Shown: positions 41,116-51,074, counted from the first letter of the stretch. The stretch is 64,000 nucleotides of DNA from Candidatus Sulfomarinibacteraceae bacterium (GCA_963796455.1 CAWCLO010000001.1:576001-640000); one strand, 5' to 3'. The notes: a model not told the origin generated them from the sequence alone. A program made the numbers and translations.

Positions 41116-41916
41116 TCAGCTCTTGCCCGCCGAGAGGCGGTCGATCCGCAAGGTCGCATCCACCCCCATGAAATGGCGTCCCGCAAGGACCACCACCATC
41201 ATCGCGCCGAGCGCTACCGCGGCGGCGATCATGAACATGACCACGATCTGGTAGGCCACCGCCTGGAGAGGCGGGGAGCCGGCCAGGATCTGACCGGTCA
41301 TCATTCCGGGGAGCGATACGATCCCCGCCGCTGCCATGGAGTTGATGATCGGGATCATGCCGGTTCTGACGGAATCCTTGAGGGGCTCCGCCAGGGCCTC
41401 ACGGCGGTTGGCTCCGAAGGCGATACGAAGTTCGACCTCGGCCGTCCGGGTTGCGAGGGCATCGAGAAAACGATCGAGGCAGAGCGAGATACCGGTCAGC
41501 GAGTTGCCGAGGATCATTCCGAGCAACGGAATCACGTACTGGGGTTCCCACCAGGGATCGACACCCACCACAACCTGGGTGACGACACCGCCCACGACAA
41601 AACAGGTGGCGGCCATGGTGAGCCAGGTGTCGACGAGGATGCCACGATAGCGTCGCGAGGCGCGACCCACCGCCTCGCGGGCGGCAAAGACCGTCATCAG
41701 AACGAGAAGGACCACGACCAGGAGCGGGTTGCGAAGCGCAAAAATCCGTTCGAGGATCAAACCCAGAAGACCGAGTTGAATCACGGTCCGTATCGCGGCC
41801 ACCCCGAGCCGCCGCTCGACACCGAGACCGAGCACGAGTGAGACCACACCAGCCGCAACGATCAACAGGGAGGCGATCAGCAGCTGTGAAGGCCCGAGTT
41901 CGATGAATTCGGCCAT
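41116..41916 (-). CDS. fetB: UPF0014 / FetB-like ABC permease
   Basis: RTVIQL, YVIPLLGMILGNS, GIVSLPGMMTGQILAG. Confidence 0.85.
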   Translation of the reverse strand: MAEFIELGPSQLLIASLLIVAAGVVSLVLGLGVERRLGVAAIRTVIQLGLLGLILERIFALRNPLLVVVLLVLMTVFAAREAVGRASRRYRGILVDTWLTMAATCFVVGGVVTQVVVGVDPWWEPQYVIPLLGMILGNSLTGISLCLDRFLDALATRTAEVELRIAFGANRREALAEPLKDSVRTGMIPIINSMAAAGIVSLPGMMTGQILAGSPPLQAVAYQIVVMFMIAAAVALGAMMVVVLAGRHFMGVDATLRIDRLSAGKS

Positions 41917-42575
41917 CAGATTTCCCGCAATCCGTCACGCTCGAGGCGCAAGCGCCGATCGGCACGGCGGTTGAGATGGGGATCGTGGAGCACGCACAGA
42001 GCGAGGCAGCCCGGCCGTCGGCCGAATTGCAGCAGGAGATCGAAGCAGATTTCGGCGACCTCCGGGTCGAGACCGGAAAGCGGTTCATCGGCCACCAGAA
42101 CCCCCGGGTCCCAGAGCAAGCCTCGGACCAAAGCAAGCCGGTGGCGTTCACCGCCGGAGAGGGTTCCCACCATGCGATCGCGGGCGATGTTTCCGAGACC
42201 GACGTCGTTTAGCAGAGTTATCATTCGCGAGACATCGAGGTCACGGTCACGTCCTGCATTCTGGCAGAACGGCAAGTTCAGATTGTCATCCACCGTGCCC
42301 TGGATCATCGGCGCATCCTGCGCCACGAGACTCACCCGCGCCCGCCAAGCCGGAAGCTCTGCGCAGGCATAATCCGTTCCCGCCAAGCGCCGCGAGGCCG
42401 CCGGGCTCCAGGCCAGCGCGGTCAGGTGCCTGAGCAACGTGCTCTTGCCGCTTCCCGACGCACCCTCGATAGTGACGCACTGATTGTCTTCGAGAGACAC
42501 GGCAGCCCCCTCGAAGAGCACCCGGCCTTCGCCGTCGGAGGCGGAGAAGGGACCGCATTGCAGGAATGCTGTCAT
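41916..42575 (-). CDS. ABC transporter ATP-binding protein (FetA-like)
   Basis: GASGSGKS, LSGGERHR, ADEP. Confidence 0.88.
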   Translation of the reverse strand: MTAFLQCGPFSASDGEGRVLFEGAAVSLEDNQCVTIEGASGSGKSTLLRHLTALAWSPAASRRLAGTDYACAELPAWRARVSLVAQDAPMIQGTVDDNLNLPFCQNAGRDRDLDVSRMITLLNDVGLGNIARDRMVGTLSGGERHRLALVRGLLWDPGVLVADEPLSGLDPEVAEICFDLLLQFGRRPGCLALCVLHDPHLNRRADRRLRLERDGLREI

Positions 42576-43032
42576 GTGGAGAGTGTATCTCCTCCCGAGT
42601 CCGGATCAGGAAAGGGAGAAAGGGGGGAGAAAGGGAGAAACCCCGCGACACGATGCTCGATACTCGATGCTGGATGCTCGAGCCCGAGCCCGTTTCCGAA
42701 AGGGGGAAAGGGAGAACGAACCTCCAAGTAACCGAGGGGCAGAGGGCCGCTCGGTATCCTCGCTATCGCTATCGGGATCGCTCTCGCTATCGAACGGCTG
42801 CGCTGGATACCGATCCCGTTCCCGTTCCCGGACGGAAGTACCGTCCCGGCACCGATCACCCACTCATGGCAATGTCGCCTCCCGATGTCATCTTGAAAGC
42901 AAGCAAACAGCTCAGAATCTCCGCGGCAACATGTCACCAAGACCGGAGCAATTCGAAAAAGATGGTGATAGCGAAGATAATCCCAAACCGCGCGCCCTTC
43001 CCAGGGGGATAAATCCAGCATAAAATACTCAA

Positions 43033-44112
43033 GTGACCGACCCGCCTCTCCGACGTATCCTTCACGCCGATATGGATTGCTTCTATGCTGCGGTCCATAT
43101 GCGCGACGACCCTTCGCTGGCGGGCAAACCGGTGGTTGTCGGTGGCGACCCATCCGGGCGGGGGGTCGTGGCGGCCGCCAACTACGAGGCCCGTAAGTAC
43201 GGGATCCACTCCGCGCTGCCCGCGGCCCAGGCGCGGCGTCTCTGTCCGGAAACGATCTTCCTGCGCCCCGATTTCACCCGCTACCGGGAAGAATCTCAGA
43301 AGATCTTTGCCATCTACCGCGATTACACGCCAGTGGTCCAGACCCTTTCGCTCGACGAAGCTTTCCTCGATGTGAGCGATCATCTGAGGGACTTCGGCAG
43401 CGCCACCGCCGTTGCCACGGACATCCGTCGCCGGGTTCGAGAAGAACGCGGGCTCACGGTTTCGGTCGGAGTCGCGCCCAGCAAGCTGGTGGCCAAGATC
43501 GCCTCTGATCACGATAAGCCGGACGGGCTCACTGTTGTCAAACCCTCCCAGGTCCAAGTCTTCCTCGCGCCCCTCCCGGTTCGCCGCCTGCACGGCATCG
43601 GACCGGCAACCGAAAAGACCCTGCACGCCATGGGCATCAAGACGGTGACCGATCTCCGCCACGCCTCGGTGGATCTGCTGGCGGCCCGCTTCGGTCACTG
43701 GGGCCGCGGCATGCAGGAGCGGGCCTGGGGAATCGACAACCGTTCGGTTTCCACTCGCCACGAACGCAAGAGCATCAGCACCGAACGGACCTTCTCGGTC
43801 AATGTCAAAGCGAGCGCTGAAATCGACGAGATTCTCGTTTCGATGGCGGCGGAGGTTGCCAAGGCCCTCGAAAAACGCGAGCTCGCAGCCTCCACCATCA
43901 CGATCAAGGTCCGGTATCCGGATTTCACCACCCCCACCCGCTCCCACACCCTTCCGACTCCGACCAACGACGCTTCGACCATCGCTTCGGTCGCCCATGA
44001 GCTGGTCCGCCGCACCGAGGCTGCCAAACGATCCGTCCGCCTGCTCGGCGTCGGCGCCAGCAACCTGGTCCCGGGTGAGCTCGGTCAACGAGCACTCTTT
44101 GGTAACGAGTAG
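43033..44112 (+). CDS. dinB: DNA polymerase IV
   Basis: HADMDCFYAAV, NYEARKYG, SLDEAFLD, KPDG. Confidence 0.95.
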   Translation: MTDPPLRRILHADMDCFYAAVHMRDDPSLAGKPVVVGGDPSGRGVVAAANYEARKYGIHSALPAAQARRLCPETIFLRPDFTRYREESQKIFAIYRDYTPVVQTLSLDEAFLDVSDHLRDFGSATAVATDIRRRVREERGLTVSVGVAPSKLVAKIASDHDKPDGLTVVKPSQVQVFLAPLPVRRLHGIGPATEKTLHAMGIKTVTDLRHASVDLLAARFGHWGRGMQERAWGIDNRSVSTRHERKSISTERTFSVNVKASAEIDEILVSMAAEVAKALEKRELAASTITIKVRYPDFTTPTRSHTLPTPTNDASTIASVAHELVRRTEAAKRSVRLLGVGASNLVPGELGQRALFGNE

Positions 44113-44447
44113 CCGCTCGCTTCCTGAAAACTACAGAGGCACAACGACACAGATGCTGGATGCTGGATCAGCCACCGTTCGTCACAACCACCAAGACACG
44201 AAGCCGCCACCAAGGTTCTTGTCACGGCGTAGCCACGGAGCGACGATGCCGGACCCACAGAACACACAGAAAAACACAGAAGCCATCGCAGCGCAGCGCA
44301 ATTTGCCCGCAGATCACGCAGATAGACACAGATGACAGCCTGATTGCGGGGACATCAGATACCGCTGCAACCAAACGGCGTCCGCATCTGGAGTTCTTAA
44401 CGCAAAGGCGCAAAGACGCAGAGGACTTCCCGGACGAATCCTCAGTC

Positions 44448-44568
44448 AGGCGAGGTCCTGGCCGCCGTTGGCGGCCAGGTACCGCTGGGTAAGGAAACCG
44501 CCCCGAAAACAAGCTGTCGTCGCGGTTTCCTTACCCAGCGTCCCTGCGCGACCGCGCAGGCCTCGCCT
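44448..44568. other. Four-way-junction fold-back at the centre of a 1.1-kb non-coding repeat region
   Basis: Closing stem 44448-44455/44561-44568 encloses three hairpins: 44457-44479, 44483-44540 (19-bp perfect stem) and 44543-44560. Confidence 0.7.
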
Positions 44569-45068
44569 CCTTCCTCCTCTTTTCTTCAATCAAGGAAGGT
44601 GGTCTCCGATGCAAGGCAGAACCGGCATGCCGTAGGCCTGCCGGACGGTGGGAAGCGGGGTGACAACGAGCGCTGGCGATCGGAGTCACCCCTCTTCTCA
44701 CCGGCGACGGGCGATCGGAGATCGTCTGTCGATCTGCCGACACTGACGCCACCCTCGCACAAGTCCGCCAACCGCGCCTTTGCGTCTTGGCGTTCTTTGC
44801 GTTTTCATCAATGTGCACGCGAGACGCGTGCACCACCATGGTGGTGCAGCCGTCTCGGCTGCACTCCGGTCGTGCCTTTGCGATGGCTTCTGTGTGTTCT
44901 GTGTGTTCTGTGGGCCTTTGCGCCAGCCCTCTGTGTTCCCTCTCTGTGTCTCCGTGCCTCCGTGGTTTCCTTGGTGTGGCTCCTTTGTGCCTTTGTGTCT
45001 TCGTGTTTGGGCGTCCTCTATCTGGGTCCACCTGGGTGATCGGTGGGCATATTCGGTCCATCTCCCGT

Positions 45069-45108
45069 CGATAGCGATAGCGATAGCGATAGCGATAGCG
45101 ATAGCGAT
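45069..45108. repeat. (CGATAG)6 perfect hexamer array
   Basis: Read directly from the sequence. Confidence 0.95.
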
Positions 45109-45250
45109 GATCATATCTGCGTTCATCTGCGTGATCTGCGGTTTCTCCTGCGATGGTTGGGCGAGAATCCAAAAACCGAGAATCCTAATTCCTAACTTCA
45201 ATTCCTAAATTCATACCTGCTCACCCGGATCTGGCACACTGGTTTTCCGA

Positions 45251-45748
45251 ATGGCAACAACTGGATCAGGCACCCGTACCAGCCGTCTCGTCCTCGGCAT
45301 CGTCACAGCACTCGCACTGCTTTGGACCGCCGGGGTGGTCTTGGCACCGTGGCTTTCGAGCAACGCCTCGATGCTCGGTGGGTGGTTGCGCTTACTCTAC
45401 CGTCCCGGCTGCCACCAGATCGCCGATCGATGCATTGATCTCGGCTTTGGCCCGATGGCGGTCTGCGCCCGCTGTTTCGGGCTCTACCTCGGGGGCTCTC
45501 TCGGACTTTTGTGGATGACCGCCTGGAACCGGCCGTGTCGTCCGCGACCGTTGTGGCTTGCGATCATCGCGACGCCGACGATCCTCGATTTTGCGGCCGG
45601 TCAGATCGGACTGCCCAGTCTCGGAAATTGGCAGCGCCTGCTTTTGGCTATGCCCCTCGGGCTCCTTGCCGGAATCTACATCGGGGATGCACTGCTTTCC
45701 ATCATCCGGCAGAACAGCAAACACATCGCACAGGATTCGGTAGGATAG
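45251..45748 (+). CDS. DUF2085-like membrane protein
   Basis: CHQIADR and MAVCARCFGLYLG motifs. Confidence 0.8.
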   Translation: MATTGSGTRTSRLVLGIVTALALLWTAGVVLAPWLSSNASMLGGWLRLLYRPGCHQIADRCIDLGFGPMAVCARCFGLYLGGSLGLLWMTAWNRPCRPRPLWLAIIATPTILDFAAGQIGLPSLGNWQRLLLAMPLGLLAGIYIGDALLSIIRQNSKHIAQDSVG

Positions 45749-45768
45749 GTGCACCCAAGGAGGAGGAC

Positions 45769-46287
45769 ATGCAGAATCAAACGCCCTCGATCATGACACC
45801 TGCCCTTATTGCCGGTGTTTTATTCGGAATCATCGGCGGCATTCCAGTTCTTCACCTCGGTTGTTGTCTGTGGGCCCTCGGTGCAGGCCTTTTCGCCACG
45901 TACCTTTACTCGAGACGTGCGAAGACGGCGGATGAGCTGTTTTCTGCCAAAAAGGGTGCGGTCGTTGGGCTTGTCGGCGGCGGTATATTTGGATTCGTTG
46001 CCGGGTCGGTCCACTCTTTCATCCTCAATTTCCTCGGCGCGCTTGATGCCGAAGTCATCGCCGACCAGGTGGCGCAGAATCCGATGATCGCTCCCGAGGA
46101 CTTCGAACAGGTCAATCAGATCCTGCAGTCGACAGGGCCCTTACTTTTTGTTTTGGTTTTTATTTTTTTATGGTTGATTACCGGCCTGATCTTCGGCACC
46201 CTCGGCGGTCTGATCGGCGGGTCGGTCTTCAAACATGAACCCGAGGCCGTCACCGACACAGCACCTCCACCACCACCGATCGGATAG
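45769..46287 (+). CDS. Hypothetical membrane protein
   Basis: AGGAGG RBS; about 4 Gly-rich TM segments with GCC. Confidence 0.75.
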   Translation: MQNQTPSIMTPALIAGVLFGIIGGIPVLHLGCCLWALGAGLFATYLYSRRAKTADELFSAKKGAVVGLVGGGIFGFVAGSVHSFILNFLGALDAEVIADQVAQNPMIAPEDFEQVNQILQSTGPLLFVLVFIFLWLITGLIFGTLGGLIGGSVFKHEPEAVTDTAPPPPPIG

Positions 46288-46317
46288 GTCAACGGATCCT
46301 CGAAAAGGGAGAAGCTC

Positions 46318-46992
46318 ATGAACGCTACGGTCCCACCGCCGCCCGCAGTACCGGCCCTGCCAACGCAGCCGATCGCCTGGGAGGACCCCAGCCGCGGAAG
46401 TTGGTTTGAACGATTCTTCGAAACGGTGAAGAGCCTTGCAACCGCACCGGGAGATGCCTTCAGAAGTATGCCAACCGAAGGAGGCATCGGCAAACCACTG
46501 GTGTACACCATCATGGTGGGCTGGATCGGGTTCGCCATCGCGATCATCTGGAACGTGATGTTTCAAAGCATGTGGATTCCGTTTATGGACCTTGGAGAAG
46601 CGGCAGGATCTGCAATCGGCATATCCATCATCGGTGCGATCGGGATGATCGTGATCGCTCCGATTTTTGTCATTCTCGGCGTGTTCATCGCCTCGGCCAT
46701 CCTCCACCTCATGCTGATGATCGTGGGCGCCGCGAACAACGGATTCGAGGCCACGGTCCGAATCGTCTGCTACTCCCAGACCGCTCAGTTGGCCAACATT
46801 ATTCCCCTGTGCGGTGGTGTCGTCGCCTTGATTTGGGGAATCATCCTCTACATTGTCGGAATTGCCGCGGGTCACGAAACGACTCACGGTAAAGCAGTCC
46901 TCGCGGTGCTTCTGCCTGTCGTTCTGTGCTGCGCATTTACCGCCGTGATGTTCTTCGTCTTTATGGGAGTAGTCGCAGCCCAGGCCCAGTGA
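46318..46992 (+). CDS. YIP1 family membrane protein
   Basis: IAWED, FEATVRIVCYS, about 5 TM segments. Confidence 0.8.
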   Translation: MNATVPPPPAVPALPTQPIAWEDPSRGSWFERFFETVKSLATAPGDAFRSMPTEGGIGKPLVYTIMVGWIGFAIAIIWNVMFQSMWIPFMDLGEAAGSAIGISIIGAIGMIVIAPIFVILGVFIASAILHLMLMIVGAANNGFEATVRIVCYSQTAQLANIIPLCGGVVALIWGIILYIVGIAAGHETTHGKAVLAVLLPVVLCCAFTAVMFFVFMGVVAAQAQ

Positions 46993-47387
46993 AAACCAGA
47001 CCAGCCGGAGTCATCGACCGTCAGCTCTCAGCCTTGTGGCTGGCGGCTGCGGTTTCGTCGCTAGCCCTGAAACCATTATGGTTGGCCGTTGCGCCCCATC
47101 TGCGGCCGTGCATATTTCATTCGCTCACAGGAATCGCGTGTCCCTCGTGCGGCACCACCCGCGCCGCCGTCGCCTTTCTCGATGGCAACCTGCTTGCTTC
47201 ATTCGCGGCCAATCCACTGGCGATGATCGCCGGGTTCATCTTTGTCGCCGGTGCGCCGGTGGCCATGATCTGGACCCTCGCGAGGCTGCCGATTCCGACC
47301 CTCGCAAAACCTCTCCCCGTGTGGACAAAGATCGTCGCGGTCGTTCTTCTGCTCGTGAATTGGATCTACGTCATCGTCACTCTGTGA
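46989..47387 (+). CDS. DUF2752-like membrane protein
   Basis: CIFHSLTGIACPSCGTTRA...NPL; GTGA overlap with the YIP1 gene. Confidence 0.85.
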   Translation: MKTRPAGVIDRQLSALWLAAAVSSLALKPLWLAVAPHLRPCIFHSLTGIACPSCGTTRAAVAFLDGNLLASFAANPLAMIAGFIFVAGAPVAMIWTLARLPIPTLAKPLPVWTKIVAVVLLLVNWIYVIVTL

Positions 47388-47463
47388 CCCCGCCCCAAAA
47401 CCAGAATACGTCATCATTTTGAGATTCCGTATCTATAGCTGACACTTCGTCAGTTGCGTAAAC

Positions 47464-47492
47464 TTGACAATATCGAAATCTGGAAATATTCT
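47464..47492 (+). promoter_or_regulatory. Sigma70-type promoter of cytochrome operon 1
   Basis: TTGACA-N17-TATTCT in an AT-rich region. Confidence 0.7.
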
Positions 47493-47539
47493 CCTTGAGT
47501 GATATGAAAATATAGTTCTTCAAAAAACCAACTCTTACA

Positions 47540-47557
47540 TTGTGAAAAATTGTACAA
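47540..47557. promoter_or_regulatory. Rex-box-like operator
   Basis: TTGTGAAAAATTGTACAA has 2 mismatches to TTGTGAA-N4-TTCACAA and abuts the RBS. Confidence 0.45.
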
Positions 47558-47567
47558 GGAGGTACAG

Positions 47568-47924
47568 ATGCGCAAGTCTCATGTGTTCGTCGCGACCGTT
47601 TTGATTGGTGTCATGGCATTGAGCCTGGCCAACGTGGCCACCGCCGCCAAAAAGCCCAAGGGCGTGGATCTTTACAAGGAATATTGTAAGCCCTGCCACG
47701 AAGCCGATTCGGAAAACGGCGAATACACCCCCATGACCATGATCCAGGATCAGTGGGATCGTTTCTTCGACAAAAAATACGTCGACAGCCACTCCGGCGT
47801 GATGGATCCCAACCACGACAACAAACCGGTCACCGAGGTCATCAGCGAAGACGATCTCGAGATGATCAAAAAGTTCGCAGTTGACCATGCGGCTGATTCC
47901 GAACAGCCGATGACCTGCGGTTGA
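47568..47924 (+). CDS. Monoheme cytochrome c
   Basis: AAGGAGG RBS, signal peptide, CKPCH, C-terminal HAADSEQPMTCG. Confidence 0.88.
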   Translation: MRKSHVFVATVLIGVMALSLANVATAAKKPKGVDLYKEYCKPCHEADSENGEYTPMTMIQDQWDRFFDKKYVDSHSGVMDPNHDNKPVTEVISEDDLEMIKKFAVDHAADSEQPMTCG

Positions 47925-47952
47925 TTCAGCCTGAAATTAGGAGGAGGACACA

Positions 47953-49596
47953 ATGTTTCGCAAGACACTCTCAGTGCTCGGCATCCTGCTGCTCGGTCTG
48001 ACCACCGTCGGGTTCACCCAGGACGCGGCGACAGCGGAAGAGATCGACAAGCTCAAAGAAGAAATCTCAGACCTCGAAAAACGGGTCATGAAGAATGAGG
48101 TCAAGACCGCCAAAGACCGCGTGAATTTCAGGGGCGACTTCCGCTTCGAGATCAATTCCATCAACTCGACCTATGACGATCATTTCAACGGAATGGCCCT
48201 CCAGAGAATGCTGGTGGACACCCTGTTCTACTTCAACGGCACCGGCATGCCGCCGCAGTCGCCCGCGGATGTGCAGAATTTCATCGCCCAGAATTATGCG
48301 AACTATCTCTACTTCCAGGACAATGTCGTCAGTTTTGACTGGCTCAAGAACACCCTGGGCCAGTTCCCGCCGGAGATGCAAGAAGCTCTGATGCAACAGC
48401 TGCTGCCCTACACCTACACCGAGGGCTACGACTACTCGAACGACATCCTCTACACCAACCGCCTGCGCCTCCAGATGGATGCCAAGGTCGCCGACAGCGT
48501 CGACTTTGCCGGCCGTCTTTCGATGTACAAGGTGTGGGGCGACTCCACGGGAGTCCAGACCTTCAACGGTTTCCCGACCTCGATCAATGTCGACGGCACC
48601 ACCGCCTCGGTCCCGAACTCGGACATCCTGCGCGTCGAGCGCGCCTATTTCACCTGGCACTCCGACAAGATGTATCTGTCGATCGGTCGCAGGCCGTCGA
48701 CCGGCGGCGCTCCGCTCAACCTCCGCAACGATGAGCCCCGCGGTGGAACACCGCTTGGTTCGATCATCAACTACCAGTTTGACGGCGCGACCTTTGGTTG
48801 GAACATCAGCGAAAAGTCCACGTTCCGCCTCTGCTACGGCGTCGGCTTCGAATCCGGCTTCGGCAACGCCCAGGAGCTGCAACAGCCCGCCGACCGGCTC
48901 AAGGACGCGTCCTTCTTCGGTATCAACTGGGATGTCTACAAAAACGAGAATGTCTTCATCCAGGCCAGCATCGCACGTGCATTTGACGTGACCGACGGAT
49001 TCGGCGGCCTCGTCGTCCTGCCCGTTGATCCGGTCTCCGGACAGGATATTCCCGCACCCGTCGTTCTTCGCTACTCCCCGTCGGCCAACCTCGGCGACAT
49101 CACGTGGGCGAGCGCGGTCGTGGTCGGCAACACCGGGCCCTTCGACTATTTCGCCACCCTCTCGTACATGGAGTCCGACCCCAACAACGTCACGACGCCC
49201 TTCGGCGGCCTCTTCTCGGATCCCTTTGAGACTCCCGAAAAACAGGACGGCTACGCCTACTACTTCGGCGCCCGCTATACCTTCGCCAACAACAAGACCA
49301 AGCTCGGTCTCGAGTACAACTACGGCTCCGAGTACTGGTTCAACATGGGCGTGGCCGAGGACAGCCTCTTCGGACCCAAGACCTCGACCCGCGGCAGCGT
49401 GTGGGAGCTCTACCTCACCCACCGGATCACGAAGAACTTCATCCTCAAGCTCGACTACATGAAGTACGACTTCACGTACTCGCAGTCCGGCTGGCACATG
49501 GGCGCTCCGAAGGAACTGGATTCGACTCCTATCCTCGGCTTCCCGTCTCCGACCAGCGCCGACCGTTTCCTGCTAGGATTGCAGGCGCGGTTCTGA
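47953..49596 (+). CDS. DUF3373-like outer-membrane beta-barrel (porin-like)
   Basis: Signal peptide, coiled coil, GDFRF, TNRLRL, VERAYF, IGRRPSTGG, terminal ARF. Confidence 0.75.
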   Translation: MFRKTLSVLGILLLGLTTVGFTQDAATAEEIDKLKEEISDLEKRVMKNEVKTAKDRVNFRGDFRFEINSINSTYDDHFNGMALQRMLVDTLFYFNGTGMPPQSPADVQNFIAQNYANYLYFQDNVVSFDWLKNTLGQFPPEMQEALMQQLLPYTYTEGYDYSNDILYTNRLRLQMDAKVADSVDFAGRLSMYKVWGDSTGVQTFNGFPTSINVDGTTASVPNSDILRVERAYFTWHSDKMYLSIGRRPSTGGAPLNLRNDEPRGGTPLGSIINYQFDGATFGWNISEKSTFRLCYGVGFESGFGNAQELQQPADRLKDASFFGINWDVYKNENVFIQASIARAFDVTDGFGGLVVLPVDPVSGQDIPAPVVLRYSPSANLGDITWASAVVVGNTGPFDYFATLSYMESDPNNVTTPFGGLFSDPFETPEKQDGYAYYFGARYTFANNKTKLGLEYNYGSEYWFNMGVAEDSLFGPKTSTRGSVWELYLTHRITKNFILKLDYMKYDFTYSQSGWHMGAPKELDSTPILGFPSPTSADRFLLGLQARF

Positions 49597-49624
49597 GAAA
49601 ACACAACGATCGAGGAGGCAGCAA

Positions 49625-51028
49625 ATGACTCGGCAGACGATTACCCTGATCTCAATGCTCACCCTGGTCGCAATGCCGGCGCTCGCGGCCGACTATTCCC
49701 ACAAGGAGTATTTCGAGCACTACGAGGGCACCAAGACATGTCTCGGGTGCCACCAGGACGAGGCGGAGACTTTTTTCCACTCGCAGCACTATCAGTGGAA
49801 GGGCGAAACCCCTGCGATCGTCAACGCTGAAGGAAAACCCCTCGGCAAATCGAACACCATCAACGACTTCTGCACCAACCCCATCCCGGCATGGATCGGC
49901 ATCACCAAGAACTCCCGTGGAGAACTCCTCTCACAGGGTTGTTCGAAGTGCCACGCCGGGCTGGGTAAGATGCCCAGTGCAGAAATGAGCCAGGAACAGC
50001 TCGAAAACATCGACTGTCTGATCTGTCACGCGTCGGGCTACAACCGGACACTGGTCGAGAACGACGACGGCAGCCTCGAGTGGAAGCCGATCCTATGGAA
50101 GAACCAGGAAGGCCTCGACTCGGTCTCCAAAAGAATTACCATGCCGAAAAGGACCAGCTGCCTTCGCTGCCACTCCGGATCGGGCGGCGGACCCAACTTC
50201 AAGCGTGGTGACATCGAATACGAATTGGCCGATACCGACCGCACCTTCGATGTCCACATGGGCTCGGACGGCGGCGACATGGCCTGCATGGACTGCCACG
50301 CCGGAACCAGCCACCGGATGCGGGGCCGCGGCGTCGATCTCATGGGTTCGGATTCTGCCGACCGGTTGAGTTGTGCAGACGGAGCCTGCCACGAGGCAGC
50401 TCCTCACCAAAAGGAACTGCTCAACCGCCATGCGGTCAAGGTGGATTGCACGGTGTGCCACATTCCGGTCTTTGCCAAAGCGGATGCCACCGACATGGCC
50501 CGCGACTGGTCGACTCCGGGATACAACGAGGCCAAAGACAAGCACGTGCCCACCATCACAATGGGCTCCAACGTCGAACCCGAAATCACGTGGTACAACG
50601 GAACGGTGTGGGCCCAGCTGCCCAAGGTGCCGGTAACCACCGACGCCGATGGCGTCATTCCGATGGTTGTGCCGCAAGGTTCACTTCAGGACCCCAAAGC
50701 CAAGCTGCACGTGTTCAAGGTTCACACCGGCAAAATGCCCGTGACGAAGGACACCCGCTGGCTCCTCCCCATCAACGTCGAAGAGTTCTTCGCCGACGGC
50801 AACATCGACGGCGCCGTTCGTGAGGCTTCACACGTGCTCTATGGCCTCGAAGACTTCGACTACGAGTGGATGCCGGTCAAACGCTACATGGGCATCTTCC
50901 ACGAGGTCCAGTCGGCGGAATACTCCCTGCGATGCCTCGATTGCCACGGATCCGAAGGGCGGCTCGATTGGGCCGGTCTGGGCTATGAAGGCGATCCTAT
51001 GGCCATGGTCCTGAGCCCTTCGCACTGA
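49625..51028 (+). CDS. Octaheme cytochrome c, tetrathionate reductase (Otr) family
   Basis: Seven CxxCH plus one CX4CH (CADGACH); HYQW, GKSNTINDFC, HSGSGGGPNFKRGD. Confidence 0.85.
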   Translation: MTRQTITLISMLTLVAMPALAADYSHKEYFEHYEGTKTCLGCHQDEAETFFHSQHYQWKGETPAIVNAEGKPLGKSNTINDFCTNPIPAWIGITKNSRGELLSQGCSKCHAGLGKMPSAEMSQEQLENIDCLICHASGYNRTLVENDDGSLEWKPILWKNQEGLDSVSKRITMPKRTSCLRCHSGSGGGPNFKRGDIEYELADTDRTFDVHMGSDGGDMACMDCHAGTSHRMRGRGVDLMGSDSADRLSCADGACHEAAPHQKELLNRHAVKVDCTVCHIPVFAKADATDMARDWSTPGYNEAKDKHVPTITMGSNVEPEITWYNGTVWAQLPKVPVTTDADGVIPMVVPQGSLQDPKAKLHVFKVHTGKMPVTKDTRWLLPINVEEFFADGNIDGAVREASHVLYGLEDFDYEWMPVKRYMGIFHEVQSAEYSLRCLDCHGSEGRLDWAGLGYEGDPMAMVLSPSH

Positions 51029-51048
51029 CCTTTTTCGACGATTGAGAC

Positions 51049-51074
51049 AGCGGGCCTTCGGGCCCGCTTTTTTT
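51049..51074 (+). terminator. Intrinsic terminator
   Basis: AGCGGGCC-TTCG-GGCCCGCT plus T-run. Confidence 0.9.

Noticed and set aside
44531..45208. ORFs with YRYRYR or IAIAIA runs
   Set aside because: They are translations of (CGATAG)n and other arrays, with no RBS or domain signal.
47922..47960. Sec read-through at the cytochrome c stop (TGC GGT TGA)
   Set aside because: No SECIS-like hairpin follows, and the next gene's RBS and start come immediately in another frame.
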